A stretch of DNA of 63,208 bases, counting the filler, from Octopus bimaculoides (lineage: Eukaryota): NCBI RefSeq assembly GCF_001194135.2. It is 9 parts of 8 records of this genome, joined end to end, with 100 filler letters (N's around TTAATTAATTAA, not from the genome) between each part and the next. Parts side by side here need not be neighbours in the genome. Positions count along the whole stretch, not along the records: positions 36,699 to 43,193 come from NC_068993.1; positions 43,294 to 54,401 come from NC_068991.1; 7 more parts are not named here. The stretch is one strand, 5' to 3'. Below the pieces are notes generated by a model. It saw only the letters and a list, made by a program, of their open reading frames with translations. It was not told the DNA's origin and did not search any database. A program made the translations under genes and the position numbers. Each line of letters starts with the position of its first letter. Position 1 is the first letter of the stretch. Shown piece after piece: positions 39,759 through 53,349 of this stretch.

Positions 39759-39864
39759 ATCACCCGACGAGATACATCTGCACCGCTGGATGCTCCTGAA
39801 CCAGTTATTGAGTGTCCCAGCCATGTAGAATCGATGCTAGATGTGTCGAAACAATTGTCGTGAT
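39759..39864 (+). ncRNA. type I hammerhead ribozyme fold (PLE/retrozyme type), U4C core variant
   Basis: Stem I ATCAC(39759-63)/GTGAT(39860-64); core CCGACGA(39764-70); stem II GATACATCT(39771-79)/AGATGTGTC(39839-47); GAAA(39848-51); palindromic stem III ACAATTGT(39851-58); GUC cleavage triplet ending at 39859. Confidence 0.75.
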
Positions 39865-39906
39865 TAATAATAAATCATCGTATATTCCATCTTCCGTCTT
39901 TCATTT

Positions 39907-39953
<47 letters not shown>

Positions 39954-40029
39954 NNNNNNNNNNNNNNNNNNNNNNNNNNNNNNNNNNNNNNNNNNNNATA
40001 TATATATATATATATATATACGCGCGCGC

Positions 40030-41430
40030 GCGTGTACTGTAAGACATACCCGGCGTTGCTCGGGATTTAAATGGCATAGTTTGTATATATGTTACAGTTA
40101 ACTTGAAACATATGATACGGAGCAATATCATATGTTTATGCAATAAATGAAGGGCTAATTCGACTATATGACATGCCATGAGTCTGTTTGGAAGATATCG
40201 GTCCCGAACCTTGTCATGGAAAAGTGGGCGGTGGGTATGTGATTATTGAATGCACTATAAACTCACAATAGATATACTCTCCTTTGCGGCTGTCGGCGCT
40301 GCCGCTACCATGCTGAACAATCAGTAGATATAGGAAATACCATCTATGTGATAAATTAAGCCTGTGGGCTCGTTCAGCAGCACCACATGAGAGATATCTG
40401 CATGAAAAAAATGACGTGGTACGGAAGGGTGATTCGCAAGGATGCGCTTGAAAACAACAGTCATGCGATATTTCGGTTTGTAATCAATAGCTGAAGAATA
40501 TTTGTATGGATTCGTCTATTCTTAGAAGGAACACATTGATACTGAAACTAAAAGAAAATAGTTGAATAGTTGCTCAGGATTTAACATATTTTAGCATATT
40601 TTTCATTAAAACATAGTGCATTTAAAACAATTTCTATTCCAACAAAATTCTATCTATGGTACTACGGGAACAAGCTATTATTACTACCACTATTATTGCT
40701 ACAGCGCAGTTTGAAGTCTTCATCGGTTCATCTATTTAATGCAACCTACTAATATCATTTCATTAGCTTTTATCGAGTTTGAACAGAAGCAATGCGTGGA
40801 CCATGCAGGCAGTCGTAAATACTCTAGGAAAGGGGGAGTTTCTGGCCCAAGGTACGCTATTATTCATTATATGAAAAGTTTAAAACCATCTCTGGAACAA
40901 AAGTAATGTATGTTCCCAGTTGGAGAAAGTCAGTTGTGAACTTCAGAAGTTCTACACGTTTACACTTACACACGCACACGCACACGCACGCACATTCACA
41001 TACACGCGCACACTCACACACACACGCGCACACTCACACACACGCACCCTCACACACACACACACACAGTCACAAACAAAAACACACAAATCCTCAGTAT
41101 TAGAGAAATTAGTATAAGTATGTCACAATGAGTAACGTCCCTTGGACCAACGAAGCAACCAAGTTATGCGCAGGAAATAGGTTTTCTGCCCCTAGGGGCC
41201 CCATGCCTCATTATGTTCAAAATGTTAAGAGTCTAAAATCAACTCTTGAACATAAGTAATGTATGTTTCCAGTTTGGAGAAAATCAGTTGCGAACGTCAG
41301 GGGTTCTGCGGTTTTGCACAAACACGCACACACACACACACACACACATACACACACACACACACAGGCACTTAAACACACGCACTTCACACACACACAC
41401 AAACATAACCTCAGTTTTGTATATATATAT
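40030..41430 (+). mobile_element. possible non-autonomous Helitron/Helentron (HINE-like) element
   Basis: The 5' end has the hairpin-like ACCCGGCGTTGCTCGGG; the 3' end has an (AC)n tract ending TTTTGTATATATAT, present as two diverged units (40901-41100 and 41253-41430). The family assignment rests on resemblance only. Confidence 0.4.
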
Positions 41431-41487
41431 TTATATATGTATGTATGTGTGTATACATACATGTATGTACGTGTGTGTATGCAACAC

Positions 41488-43150
41488 TAATTACAAGTTA
41501 CCTAGAGGCAAAACTATATTCCTAGCTGCAGGAAATGCCGCCTACATTAATAACAATTGGAAAGGTTACCTAGGCGATTGCTTCATCTTCTGGGATAGAA
41601 ACCATGAAAGCCTACAAAGATTCCATTCCATCATAAAGAGGGTTCGCGAAGCAATACAATTTACCATGAATGTAACAGAAAGGAACTATCGTTTCTAGGT
41701 ATCCTTATCGTTAAAGAAGTGGAAAATATCGAAACTTACTTATTTTACAAACCAACAGACACATACGAATACTGAAATTTCCGATTAGCACACCTCTCAC
41801 ATACCGAAAGTAAGATTCCCTTCAGCATACTAAGACGCATCTGCACCATAGTAACACACCTCACACTACAGGAAAAAGATTATATGAACTAAAACGGTCC
41901 CTTCAAAGACAAGAATATCCGGCGAACTTCATCAATTCGGCCATTTCCAAGGCCCAGAACATTGCAGTGACAACACTGAGGAAAAGCAAACCAACAAAAT
42001 GAAAAGGAAAAAAACAGTTATGCTTTTTGTCGTCACTCACAACCCAATGAATTTCAACATTGTAAAAGCCGCCAAACGATATCTCCCCATTCTCCAGCAA
42101 TCCCCCAAAATGAATGCTCTCATAAAAGCCTCACAAATAATATATAGTAGACGCCAAGCACCCAACCTTAAAAAAAAAACTGCTCACCCAGGCGAAATTT
42201 TCGTCTAACATTGAAACAATGCAAGTTAAGGAATGCGAGGACCCTCGGTGTGGAACTTGTGAATAATTGAAGACGGTGGACAAATCTCCTTTGAAAATAA
42301 TGAGATTTTCAGAGTTAATGCAAACGTGAATTACAAAACACAAAACTTAATTTACTGTGCAAATGGCCCACAATATAAAGAATACTACATTGGTGAAGGC
42401 GGAACGGGACCACATATCTGAATTCGTGTATATAAACAACAAATTAAAGACCCCTTTATCAGAAACACCACTTGTAGTAAACACATCGTATCATGCGGAA
42501 AGGGAAAATTCACGATTTTCCCCTACTTTAAGTGATGGTCACACAACGAGCATTTCTGCGAATGTAAAGAAGACTTCTTCATTACGAAGTACAAACCACA
42601 ACTGAACACAAAGACATGATAAGCCATACCCCAAGAATGGGACTCTCTTCGGATATTTTTTTTAAAGATGTATATAGGAGTGGATGACACCCACACTTTT
42701 AATCCCACAAATAGAAGTGGATGACACCCACACTTTAATCATTGAATCGCTGCAGAGAAGATCAACCCCCGGAGACATGTATCTTACACCTTTTTTATTT
42801 CTGTTTCTTAACCTCGAAATTTAAACCCTTAATTTCTATCTTATAATCGATATGTATAAGTAGTTTTAGACGATTTAGGCGGTTTGCCATTTTAAAACTT
42901 ACGTTTTTATTCCCATATTTATCAACCTCTTATTCGTTTTGCACCTCCCATATTTATCAAGCTTAACACCTTACATGTGATTTTTATTTATAAGTAATTT
43001 TATATGTATTTTTTATTTATATTTTTATTTTTCTTCTTATATATTTCTATATTTGGTTTTATATTCTTTATACCTTTGAAGAATCTGTGTGACTCTATGT
43101 GCATGATTCATGTTGATGTGCATAAATATATATGTTCCAACTACATTTAG
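41488..43150 (+). mobile_element. Penelope-like retroelement remnant, Neptune-type (RT C-terminus, Cys linker, GIY-YIG), frameshifted
   Basis: YLGDCFIFW (RT catalytic region, DD>GD) at about 41567; YKPTD at 41746-60; YSRRQAPNLK; Cys linker CEDPRCGTC at 42234-60; YYIGE at 42383-97; then a T-rich 3' region. Multiple stops and frameshifts. Confidence 0.85.
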
Positions 43151-46100
43151 TTGAATGATCTTACACATACGTATACATATATATATATATATANNNNNNN
43201 NNNNNNNNNNNNNNNNNNNNNNNNNNNNNNNNNNNNNTTAATTAATTAANNNNNNNNNNNNNNNNNNNNNNNNNNNNNNNNNNNNNNNNNNNNGTTTCGT
43301 TAATGAAAAATGTGGCCCCCGTTTTAAAAAAAGATCCAAATACGGACATTATGGTTCGGACAAAAATTTCAGATTTCTGTATTTAGGGTTGAGGTTGGGG
43401 AAAAAAGTCAAAATTGTGGGGTAGGTGTGGGGGGGGGGGATTTAACAATGCTAATTTGGAGTGGGGGACGGGCGGAAGTTTTTCTAAGTTCTCACCCAAC
43501 TGTTTTGAAATGTGAGAACTATAAGATCTGGAAAAATTTCGGGAAAAAAAAAAAAAATGAAACTCCGATTTATATGTATCAGTTATTCTGAAAGTCCGCT
43601 GACTGACGTTGATTGAACACAGAGAGAGACAGACAGTCAGTCACGCGACATATATAGATATATCTAGAAATTCCGCTGAGATCGACTTTGCCTTTCATCC
43701 ATCCGGAATCGATGAAATAAGTACCAGTCGAGAACTCAGGCCGATTTTATCGATTAGCCGCTCCTGCAAAAATCAGGCCTTGTGTCTACAGTAGAAAGTA
43801 TATAAATCTATCGGGTTAGATGGATAGAGTTGATAAATAGATAAAGTTGTCAGAAGAGTTATGGATGAATAAAATAACACACTTATAAAATTAAAACAAC
43901 TGCTTAAAATCAGAAAATTACAAAAACTGAACAATAGCTATAGTGAAAATGTCAAGATTGGGCCTAAACTAGTAGTAGAGATGCGATTAGACATTCCAGC
44001 CGTGAGCATCTAGTCTTTTTTCCAATGTATCTATTTAAAAACGGTGGTCTGCTGTGATTAGGGTGCGGGCCAGATTTGGTTGCTATTTCTAACAGGTGGT
44101 GTGACCACTTAGAGATATCGTCGTTGATTAGAAATTAGTATGAGAATGTTGATTAATGTTCATTAACCTTGCTGTCACCTGGAGAAATATTAGAAAGTAT
44201 TTTGTTTTTAACAACAATTATAGTAAATCATCTTACCTCCGTATTTTTTAAACTCCTTTTTTTTTCTTTTCAACTTCAGTAAATATTCGATGACAAAAAA
44301 AAATGTTGTTTTAATTCGTTATTAGAAAAGTTTAAAATTCACACGAACAATGATTATAGCGTACACATTACTTCGAATAGTGATAGTGTTTCGATTTGGA
44401 GGCTGTCAGGTCAAAAACAGTAAACAAACCGCATGTTTTTGTCACATGTATGTACAAAGTTTCCTGTTTCTTGAGAATGAAAGAACGTGTTTATTTCAGT
44501 GACGTAGACGCGCAGTTAGCGAAGAAATCTCTGAGGAAATCTGAGAGTTTTGTGAGAAAAATGTTTACTGTGAGTCAGTTATAGAATTTAAAGTTTTGAC
44601 CTGAATCTCACCATCTAAAGATTGTTTGACAGTATCTCAGCAACTTAAGTTTTTTTGTTTTTTTTAAACTCTCTTTACATTATATATACATAGATATATA
44701 AACACACGCACGCGGATAGACAGAAAACATGAAAAGAATCAACTGTCAACAAAAAGCTTTATCCTTATTAGACAATATATAAAAGAATTAAAAATTAAAT
44801 GCGGTTAAGAAGTTCGGTCTGTTACCATGTCGTTCGGAGTTCAATTTTACTGCGCAGCATCAAAGACAAGAGTTTTCTACAACGGTCCTCTTTGTAGGTT
44901 TGATGGATGGCTGTTGATTTTTTTTTGGGGGGGGGGGTACCTGTCTTTGTCGATAGGTACTTTTCTTTTGTCCTGTCAGGTTGTTCTTCCACCTGCTTGG
45001 GTGAGAGCCGAGAGGGGTGTCACCGGTTTAGTCGTTGACAATTCAACTAAGAAACGAACAGGACTGGTTTGCTTAATTGATGTTAGCAGATCATTTTTAA
45101 TGTGACCTGGCTGATAAATTTGTAACATTGTCACGCATTATTCATCTTTTATCATTATCCTAATTAGAAATAGTTTCATTACGCTCTAAGTTCAAATCTT
45201 GCCCCCAGATTTCTGTCGTCACTACATTAGGAATAATTATTTTAATTAAAGATCGTGGGATAATAGATTTGCAAATATCGTTAATTAACTACTCCCACCT
45301 TTTAAACATTGTATTTCGTCGTTCAAAGTTCAAATATCACAAGGATCGACTTTGTTTTTCGTACTGGAGGATCCATTAAACTGAGTACCGGGTTTAACCC
45401 CCCTGAAATGTGTTCTCTTGCTTCCATGGCAGACATCATTATAATTATCAAAATCTCTAACACAGGGTCAAGCATTTTAGGACAGAAGGGAATAATCGGT
45501 TAAATTGATATCTGTTAAATATTTGGTATAGATTTAATCGATACCTGAAGAATGAAAGGTAAATTTGACTTAGACGGAATTTGAACTCAGGAAATAGAGA
45601 GATGTAACTAGATTCTGCGAAGCTATTTGTCGGACGTTCTTCCAATTCTGCTAATAATAGAAATTATTTATTTCAAATATTAGCATCGATACCAGCAATT
45701 TGGTGTGGGCATGCAATCAGATCATTAGGAAGACTGAATTAAGGGAAATAACTCGTCTGGAATACTGGCTTGACTAAATGATTCGAGTAGGTGGTGATGT
45801 ACTGAATGACATCTTCCAATTTTCCCTTTTATTTAGAGAAAGAAAACTACAACCTAGAGCTTGCATTTACCCCACTCATCTCTTTGGAACTACTTCCTTT
45901 TATGATTTATCAATCCATCCCTCATTCTCAATATCATCCCATCCCACTTAATTTTCCACACCAATTACCCTTTTGTTTTTTCAGTTATCTCTCCTTCTCC
46001 TCTGAGCTACATCTTAGGACTGCCATATCTCATCTTTAGCACTACTTCTTATCTGCTATCATTCTCATCACACTCTCACACCTGCCATTGACAGTCTCTT

Positions 46101-46530
46101 CCCCTACACTCCACAACCACCCCTCTGTACCTTTAAAATCCGTCTCTCCCTTTCTCTCTCACTCGAAAACCTCACACATCTCCCAATTTTCTAATTTATC
46201 TACATGTTTATTATACTACTGCTCTCCACCATTCCTGTTGTGACAGTTATCACCTCCCTATTCCTGATCCACTCTTATTTCTTTTACCCTCACCCCACCC
46301 TTCTACCATACTTCTACCTGTGTTCCATTTACTACAACCTCCTTACCGCAATCTATCTAACGATCTATCACTCTTCTCTCATACCCTTACAGATTTATCC
46401 AACCACCCTGCCTGATTTTTTTTCTCCATATTCTTTCTCTTTTGTATTCACCTTCATGTATCTTGAGTGTATACTGTGGCAACTTGCCATCATCATCATT
46501 GTCACTTTCTAGCTTCTATTACTCAACCTT

Positions 46531-46914
46531 TGTTGTTGGCACTCCATCGCTTACGACGTCGAGGGTTCCAGTTGATCTGATCAACAGAACAGGCTGCTCG
46601 TGAAATTAACGTGCAAGTGGCTGAGCACTCCACAGACACGTGTACCCTTAACGTAGTTCTCGGGGATATTCAGCGTGACAGTGTGACAAGGCTGACCCTT
46701 TGAATTACAGGCACAACAGAAACAGGAAGTAAGAGTGAGAGAAAGTTGTGGTGAAAGAGTACAGCAGGGTTCGCCACCATCTCCTGCTGGAGCCTCGTGG
46801 AGCTTTTAGGTGTTTACGCTCAATAAACACTCACAACGCCTGGTCTGGGAATCGAAACCGTGATCCTATGACCGCAAGTCCGCTGTCCTAACCACTGGGC
46901 CATTGCGCCTCCAC
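46531..46914 (-). mobile_element. full-length tRNA-derived SINE with 11-bp target site duplication
   Basis: Minus strand head GTGGAGGCGCAATGGCCCAGTGG (A box) ... GGTTTCGATTCC (B box) and a CAA-type tail. TSD TACTCAACCTT at 46520-30 and 46915-25. Fragments of the same family occur at about 21260-21610 and about 5880-5930. Resembles the octopus OR-type SINEs (family name not verified). Confidence 0.9.
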
Positions 46915-47510
46915 TACTCAACCTTATATAATGTTGAATACCCATGTATCTCTTATACTGCAAGATACCCATGTTCTCCCTCTATTGTTCTTTAGTCTTT
47001 CAACAGCTGGCATAAAACCATTTCCCTCTTTCCTTCAACTCCACTCAGTTAAGAGGTCATTTTCTTTGTTATGCAAGTTACCTGACAATCTCACAAGCAC
47101 CGATGCCACAAAAAAGTACCAGTACACTTTACTAAAGTGTTGGCATTAAGAAGAACATCCAGCAGTAGAAACCATGTCAAAACGGACATTAGAGCTTGAC
47201 ATAATCCTCCAGCTTGTTGCATTATGTCAAACATCCAACTCATACCAGCAGAGAAGATGGACATTAAATGAAATTGACAATGATGCTTTATTGTGCAAAG
47301 AAAAAAAATCCCTTTACGTGTATATATGTACGATGGGCATCTTTCAGTTTCCGTCTACTAAATCAACTCACAAGGCTTTAGTCAGCCAGAGTTTATAGAA
47401 GACACTTGCCCAAGGTTCCACGCATGGGACCATGCAGTTGGGAAGCCAACTTCTTACCTCACAGCCATGTCTGCGTCCCCCTCCACCCACATATTTATAT
47501 ACTTACATCT

Positions 47511-47559
<49 letters not shown>

Positions 47560-48147
47560 NNNNNNNNNNNNNNNNNNNNNNNNNNNNNNNNNNNNNNNNN
47601 NNNNNNNNNNNNNNNNNNNNNNNNNNNNNNNNNNNNNNNNNNNNNNNNNNNNNNNNNNNNNNNNNNNNNNNNNNNNNNNNNNNNNNNNNNNNNNNNNNNN
47701 NNNNNNNNNNNNNNNNNNNNNNNNNNNNNNNNNNNNNNNNNNNNNNNNNNNNNNNNNNNNNNNNNNNNNNNNNNNNNNNNNNNNNNNNNNNNNNNNNNNN
47801 NNNNNNNNNNNNNNNNNNNNNNNNNNNNNNNNNNNNNNNNNNNNNNNNNNNNNNNNNNNNNNNNNNNNNNNNNNNNNNNNNNNNNNNNNNNNNNNNNNNN
47901 NNNNNNNNNNNNNNNNNNNNNNNNNNNNNNNTCTTAACCGTGTAACGTCATACACGATTAACTAAAGGCAGGTTTGTTTTTGCTTTCCTCTTCTGTTTTT
48001 GTTCTGTGTGTGCCATAAATATCGCCATCCGTTAGAGAAAAAAATTTGTAGTTTGGGATCAGTAGTTCTTTGACTGCTATTTCTAAATTTTCAGTATGTT
48101 GGAGAAGCAACTCATGCTAATCCCTGTATATTTATGATTATAAATGG

Positions 48148-48188
<41 letters not shown>

Positions 48189-48560
48189 AAATTTGATTTA
48201 AGCCGAATTTGAACTCCTCTGTAATGAGAGTAATATTTCTTTACTAACTTAGTATAAACCTTCTTTGGATAGAAGAAAATGTGAATAATCTAAGTACTGG
48301 TGTAGCAGTATCCTTTTTTTTTTCTTCAACAGTTATTTAAACTCGCTACTGTTAACGTATAGATTGTGGTTCTAGGAGACATTTGTGGGGTTATTAATCA
48401 AGAAAAGACTTGACATCACCGAATATATATATATATATAATGGAATTGGAATTGCAGGAGATAACTTAGAGAAATTGGATTAAAGGGAGGTAACTTATCA
48501 AGCACTTTTCATAAAATCAAATGTGTTGAGTAACCTCGAGATCTATCTATACACATACAC

Positions 48561-48601
<41 letters not shown>

Positions 48602-48844
48602 CCATCAAAAATACTAGTTCTAAAATCACTCTAAGAGATCAACGTAGTAGTTGTACTAACAAGTTATGCTCAAAGTCACTTCAACATGGCTGTCCGTTCG
48701 AACGGATTTTACTGCGATTTTTTAGTCCCAAGAGGACATCTCTAGCTGGTTAACGATGAACAACTGCTTGCGAGCAGGGGAGCGAACCCCTACCATCTTC
48801 TGGCGATGGGACCAACAGAAGTGGCTACGAACATATATATATAT

Positions 48845-49900
48845 ACTAGCAGTATAGCCCGGCTTTGCCCGAGATTAAGTTGAGATTATTAAGCTAATCA
48901 AGTTCTTTATTTCAAACCAAACTAAGTAACATCGACATCAAATTTGGGCAGAATCAGTGTCCCGACGGGAGCGCATGGGTTGGGAGGTTGATCGGCAGAG
49001 GTAATCAGGTTACACGTCCCAGCCCTTTGAAAACACCGCCCCCATCATCTAACCCCTCTTTGCCCATGGGTTGAGAACCCTTCCAGCAAGCAAAATAGAA
49101 TGACCAAAAGGGCTCCCAATTCTCTGTGTCAGGAGCGGTTATGTTCAGACCACAACTGAGTCTTAAGTGTGTGTGTGTGTGTGTGTACGTACATATATAT
49201 ATATCTGAGAACACGCATGTTACGTNNNNNNNNNNNNNNNNNNNNNNNNNNNNNNNNNNNNNNNNNNNNNNNNNNNNNNNNNNNNNNNNNNNNNNNNNNN
49301 NNNNNNNNNNNNNNNNNNNNNNNNNNNNNNNNNNNNNNNNNNNNNNNNNNNNNNNNNNNNNNNNNNNNNNNNNNNNNNNNNNNNNNNNNNNNNNNNNNNN
49401 NNNNNNNNNNNNNNNNNNNNNNNNNNNNNNNNNNNNNNNNNNNNNNNNNNNNNNNNNNNNNNNNNNNNNNNNNNNNNNNNNNNNNNNNNNNNNNNNNNNN
49501 NNNNNNNNNNNNNNNNNNNNNNNNNNNNNNNNNNNNNNNNNNNNNNNNNNNNACGTACACCAATTGCATACATATTTTTTGTATGCATACATGCTCGTAT
49601 GTGTGTTGCCCGTATATCAACAAAACACTTTTTACTTCGATGGAAAAAAAAAAAAAGTCTTAAAAACGTGCGCGTCACTAGAAGGGGACTTAACTCCTGT
49701 TTGTAAACAATAGCTTTTCTCCGACTTGAAAATTGTTAAAAGTTATGGTTGAAAATCGATTTTCACAGCTATACGCGGGTGCCTCTGAGAGAAAAAGTTG
49801 ATGAAAATGCAGCTAGGGTCATGACAAATGTCCTCCTAAAATTGGAGCGACATGCGTGCTAACAGCAAAACGTGTAGCCCCCAGTTTTCTTTCAATTGTT
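48845..49900 (+). mobile_element. possible HINE-like element spanning a gap
   Basis: Starts TACTAGCAGTATAGCCCGGCTTTGCCCGAGA, similar to the 40 kb 5' end. Confidence 0.35.
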
Positions 49901-50350
49901 CTAATTTTCCAGCAGGAATATGAACTTTAACAAATGTAAAATTTTAATTTTGACGTAAAATACTTTCCAGTAATTTCAAATTATTTAGAAATATGTGATC
50001 ATATTTCTTAAAATATAAACAAAGCGAATTTATTTCAAATTCTCTATGTACTGAGAAATTCAAAGCCAGTTAAGACTGACTCATCTTTCATTCTTTTCTA
50101 GCTGGAATAAGTCAATTCGATTTTACGAAATTAGTTACCTATACAACTAACTTTATTTTCATTGGAGCCTCTACAAGTGTTATATAGAAAAACAGAATAG
50201 TTAATTTACAGACTTAAGCTTTCCAACATCACCCAAGACATAAGATAAACACAACTGAAGTATGGATGCACCAAGATTATGAATATAGTAACTGATGATT
50301 CTACAAAAGTTTTGCAAGAAAGAAAGATAAAAAAATAAGCATTTTTGAAT

Positions 50351-52050
50351 TTTATTTTTATTGCAATAAAGAAATTTTCTTTCACTTATGAATTAAAAAA
50401 GAACAATGAACAACATTATAACAATTTAAAAATACAAACAAACCAAACCTTTTCTGAAAATTAACTCATCAAAAATTTCTGGTGAGTTGAGTATTTAAAA
50501 CTATAACAAGTTTATAATCACTGCAAGTTGAGTTGATTCTCGAGAGACAGTGATGGGACAGGGATAAACGCTAGACTGGTTGGTTCCTAATGCAACTGGA
50601 CTTCAAAATATAGCATGGGATAATGAAACTGGAAGTGTATAAAAGGTGTCTGTTTAGAAATATAATAATATACTTGTTGAGTTATGCTGTACTGAGAACA
50701 GGAACAGAAAAATGGCTTTAAAATTGAGAGACATAAGCTAACACTTGTGAACAATATCTAGTCAGATTATCATGAACAAAGAATTCGCTCTCTTGGAGGA
50801 TCTATGAAATACAAAATGCACACAACATGAGCATATATATTTCTAAAGCACTTTCAAATTTGTGAAACTTTGGTTTTAAAGCTGATGCCATCCAATGTGT
50901 GAGTGAGTGTGAATGTTAGTTCAGAGATAACTTAGTAATAAGTAGTATAAGGAACAAAACCATACTTTCAATGCAGCATGACTAGAAAACTCAACACATC
51001 TTTTTGTAAACTCTAAACTTAATAGATTAGCAATCTAACTTTCTTTTTTAGCCCTTCAGGTGAGATTTAAAATCCCAAAAGAAGATCTTAAGAGCTAAAG
51101 ATTCTTATTGTTATATCTTAGATTCCAGTCACAGGAGCAAAGGTCCCTACTGTCTCTGTAAGCTAATTAACCCTTTTTTATTTTTGTATTTGCGTCTACA
51201 CTGAGATGGCCAAAGCCAGCCCCACCCACTAACATAAGTAAATCATCTAAGAGAAAGAAAATACTGATTGTACTATACAAAATTTGTAACCAGAAGAATA
51301 AAAAATCTAAACAGTGACTTACTTGTCAGGAGCAACAAGTACAACAATGGAGGTGATTATTACAGTGGTTGTGTAGGTCAACTTTTTGATTAACAAACAT
51401 GAAAATAAATAGCCAAGACCATCAACCACTCACCACTAGTGAAACTACAATTGCCATGCCATTTCATGCCATACCACTCAACCATTACAATGGTAAAGTA
51501 TACTAGTCGATGGGTTTGGAAGAGGAGGAAGATCAAAATTAAAAACTCATGATTTTCTACATATGCCAAGGTTAAAACTAGACTCTTTTGATCAGAATGT
51601 AAAGATTTTTTTCTGGATTCAAATTAATCATTTAATTATATACACATAAACCATATATGTGTACACACATACACACCTAAATACATTGATATACACACAC
51701 CAGTAAATCCTCATCTAGACACACAGACACAAGAAAGAGAAATCAGACTCTTATACTAAGACATATACTGTAGATAAGAGCCAGAAACCAAATACTCACA
51801 CAATAAATCCCAATGCAGACACACAATACATGTAACACACACACACTGGAAAGAGAGGTGCAGAAGACGACACTGCCAACCGACATCTACTGAAATCAAA
51901 ACTGGAATGTGAACTCCACTCTCTCTTGTCCTTTATCCATTCGTTGCTACGACAATCCAGCTGAAGATAGACAAAAACACAGACAGAGAGAGGAAACTGA
52001 AAGAGGAGGCAGTGGCATGTACCATCTTTTTTAACAGATCCCACACCAAC
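50351..52050 (-). other. ATP6V1D: putative ATP6V1D 3' UTR with candidate poly(A) signals
   Basis: Non-repetitive, CpG-poor sequence after the stop codon. Tandem AATAAA-AATAAA on the minus strand (plus TTTATT at 50351-50356 and 50357-50362) is followed by a T-rich tract; a proximal AATAAA lies at 51177-51182. The true 3' end is inferred only. Confidence 0.45.
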
Positions 52051-52198
52051 TCAGTCAGTAAACAACAAGTCTTCATCGTGTTCATCATCCAAGAGGTTAG
52101 CAGCTACCTGTATTTCAATTCCTTGTTTCTTCCTTGCTTCTTTGAGGATTTCTTTTTCAGCATAGATCTTTTTCTTTTTCTCCTGGATTTTCTTCAGC
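52051..52198 (-). CDS. ATP6V1D: V-type proton ATPase subunit D, terminal coding exon (148 bp including TGA)
   Basis: cactggcag|G CTG AAG AAA ATC CAG GAG... encodes (R)LKKIQEKKKKIYAEKEILKEARKKQGIEIQVAANLLDDEHDEDLLFTD*. RLKKIQEKKK and ANLL..E.DEDLLF are typical V1-D C-terminal motifs. Confidence 0.96.
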
Positions 52199-52980
52199 CT
52201 GCCAGTGATGATGGTAGAATGAGAAGAACGAGAGTTAATATGCATTTATGTAGAAATAAATGTAATGATAGAATGTGAGAAAGAGAGAGAGAGTGTGTGA
52301 GAGAGCATTGAAGAGATGTGAGGAATGAATGAATGAGTCAGAAAGGAGAGTGTGAAAAGGGAGCAAAGGTGAGAACAGATATCAGAGAGAGAACTAAACT
52401 AAGAGATGTGAATAAGGGATAGATGGAAGGAAAGACTATGAACACTGAAAGGGGAGAAGAAAAACTGCAAATGAATGGAAGGGAAAGTAAAAGGAAGTTT
52501 ATAAACGAGAGGTGAGATTAAAAATGACAAGGTAAGAGAGAAAGGAAGACTACAAACAACAGGGGAAGAAAGAGAGATTACAAACAGGTGGGAGAAGAGA
52601 GAGACCATGAATGAGAGGAAGAAAAAAAGCAAGACAATGAATGCGAGTGGAAAGAGGGAGTACAAGCAGAAAATGAAGGAACACTACAAATAATGATGGG
52701 GTGCAAAAGGCATAGCTAAGTGACAGAAATTTTGAGCAGAGGTGAAGGCAGAAGATTAGGAGTGAGGCAAAGTGGAAATGAGAGAGATTGTGAAAGAGAG
52801 TACAGAGCAAAATACAGTGGTATGTTCTACCTATAATCTAACAAAATTATTGAAGTGCTGCACATCAGCAAGAACATTAACAATGGATCTGGCAATAATG
52901 ACAGGAAAAAGAGGAGGAGAGAGTAGTGTGAGACAACAGAATGAGAGACGTTAAGAAGGGGAAAAGTTTAAAGAACTCAC

Positions 52981-53059
52981 CTATAGAACTCCTCCCTCTC
53001 ACGTTCATCCAGTTCTCCAGAGATATAACTTAATGTACGTTCAATACGGGGAATGATCA
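52981..53059 (-). CDS. ATP6V1D: V-type proton ATPase subunit D, penultimate coding exon (79 bp)
   Basis: ctatttttcag|TG ATC ATT CCC CGT...TTC TAT AG|gtgag encodes (V)[25 protein letters not shown](R). Its phases (1 in, 2 out) join exactly to both neighbouring exons. Confidence 0.97.
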
Positions 53060-53349
53060 CTGAAAAATAGCAAAACATTGAAGAGGGGTTCTTATAATGT
53101 TAAAACAGTGACGAGGAGCTCTTATAATGACAAAGCAACGATGAGAAGTTCTTGCATTTGTACAAAACCACCACTATAGCTAAATGAACCAATCCCAGAA
53201 TAAGTTGGGTACATAGTGAACCCTTGAGTGGATGGAATGAAATACATAGTTCACCTGGATTGAATTTGGATCTAGAAAAGTAAAAGGACAAAAATAAAAG
53301 AATTTAGTCCAGTACTCATCCATTTCATTAATATCCATAACAACTTTCA

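Noticed and set aside
43070-43130. TTGAAGA downstream of the Neptune-type PLE as a possible hammerhead
   Set aside because: No GAAA or credible stems follow.
52051-52245. ORF-track 64-aa protein starting MHINSR, and likewise the 142-aa ORF at 53579-54007
   Set aside because: These are exon frames extended into intron sequence; the real coding parts are the spliced ATP6V1D exons.
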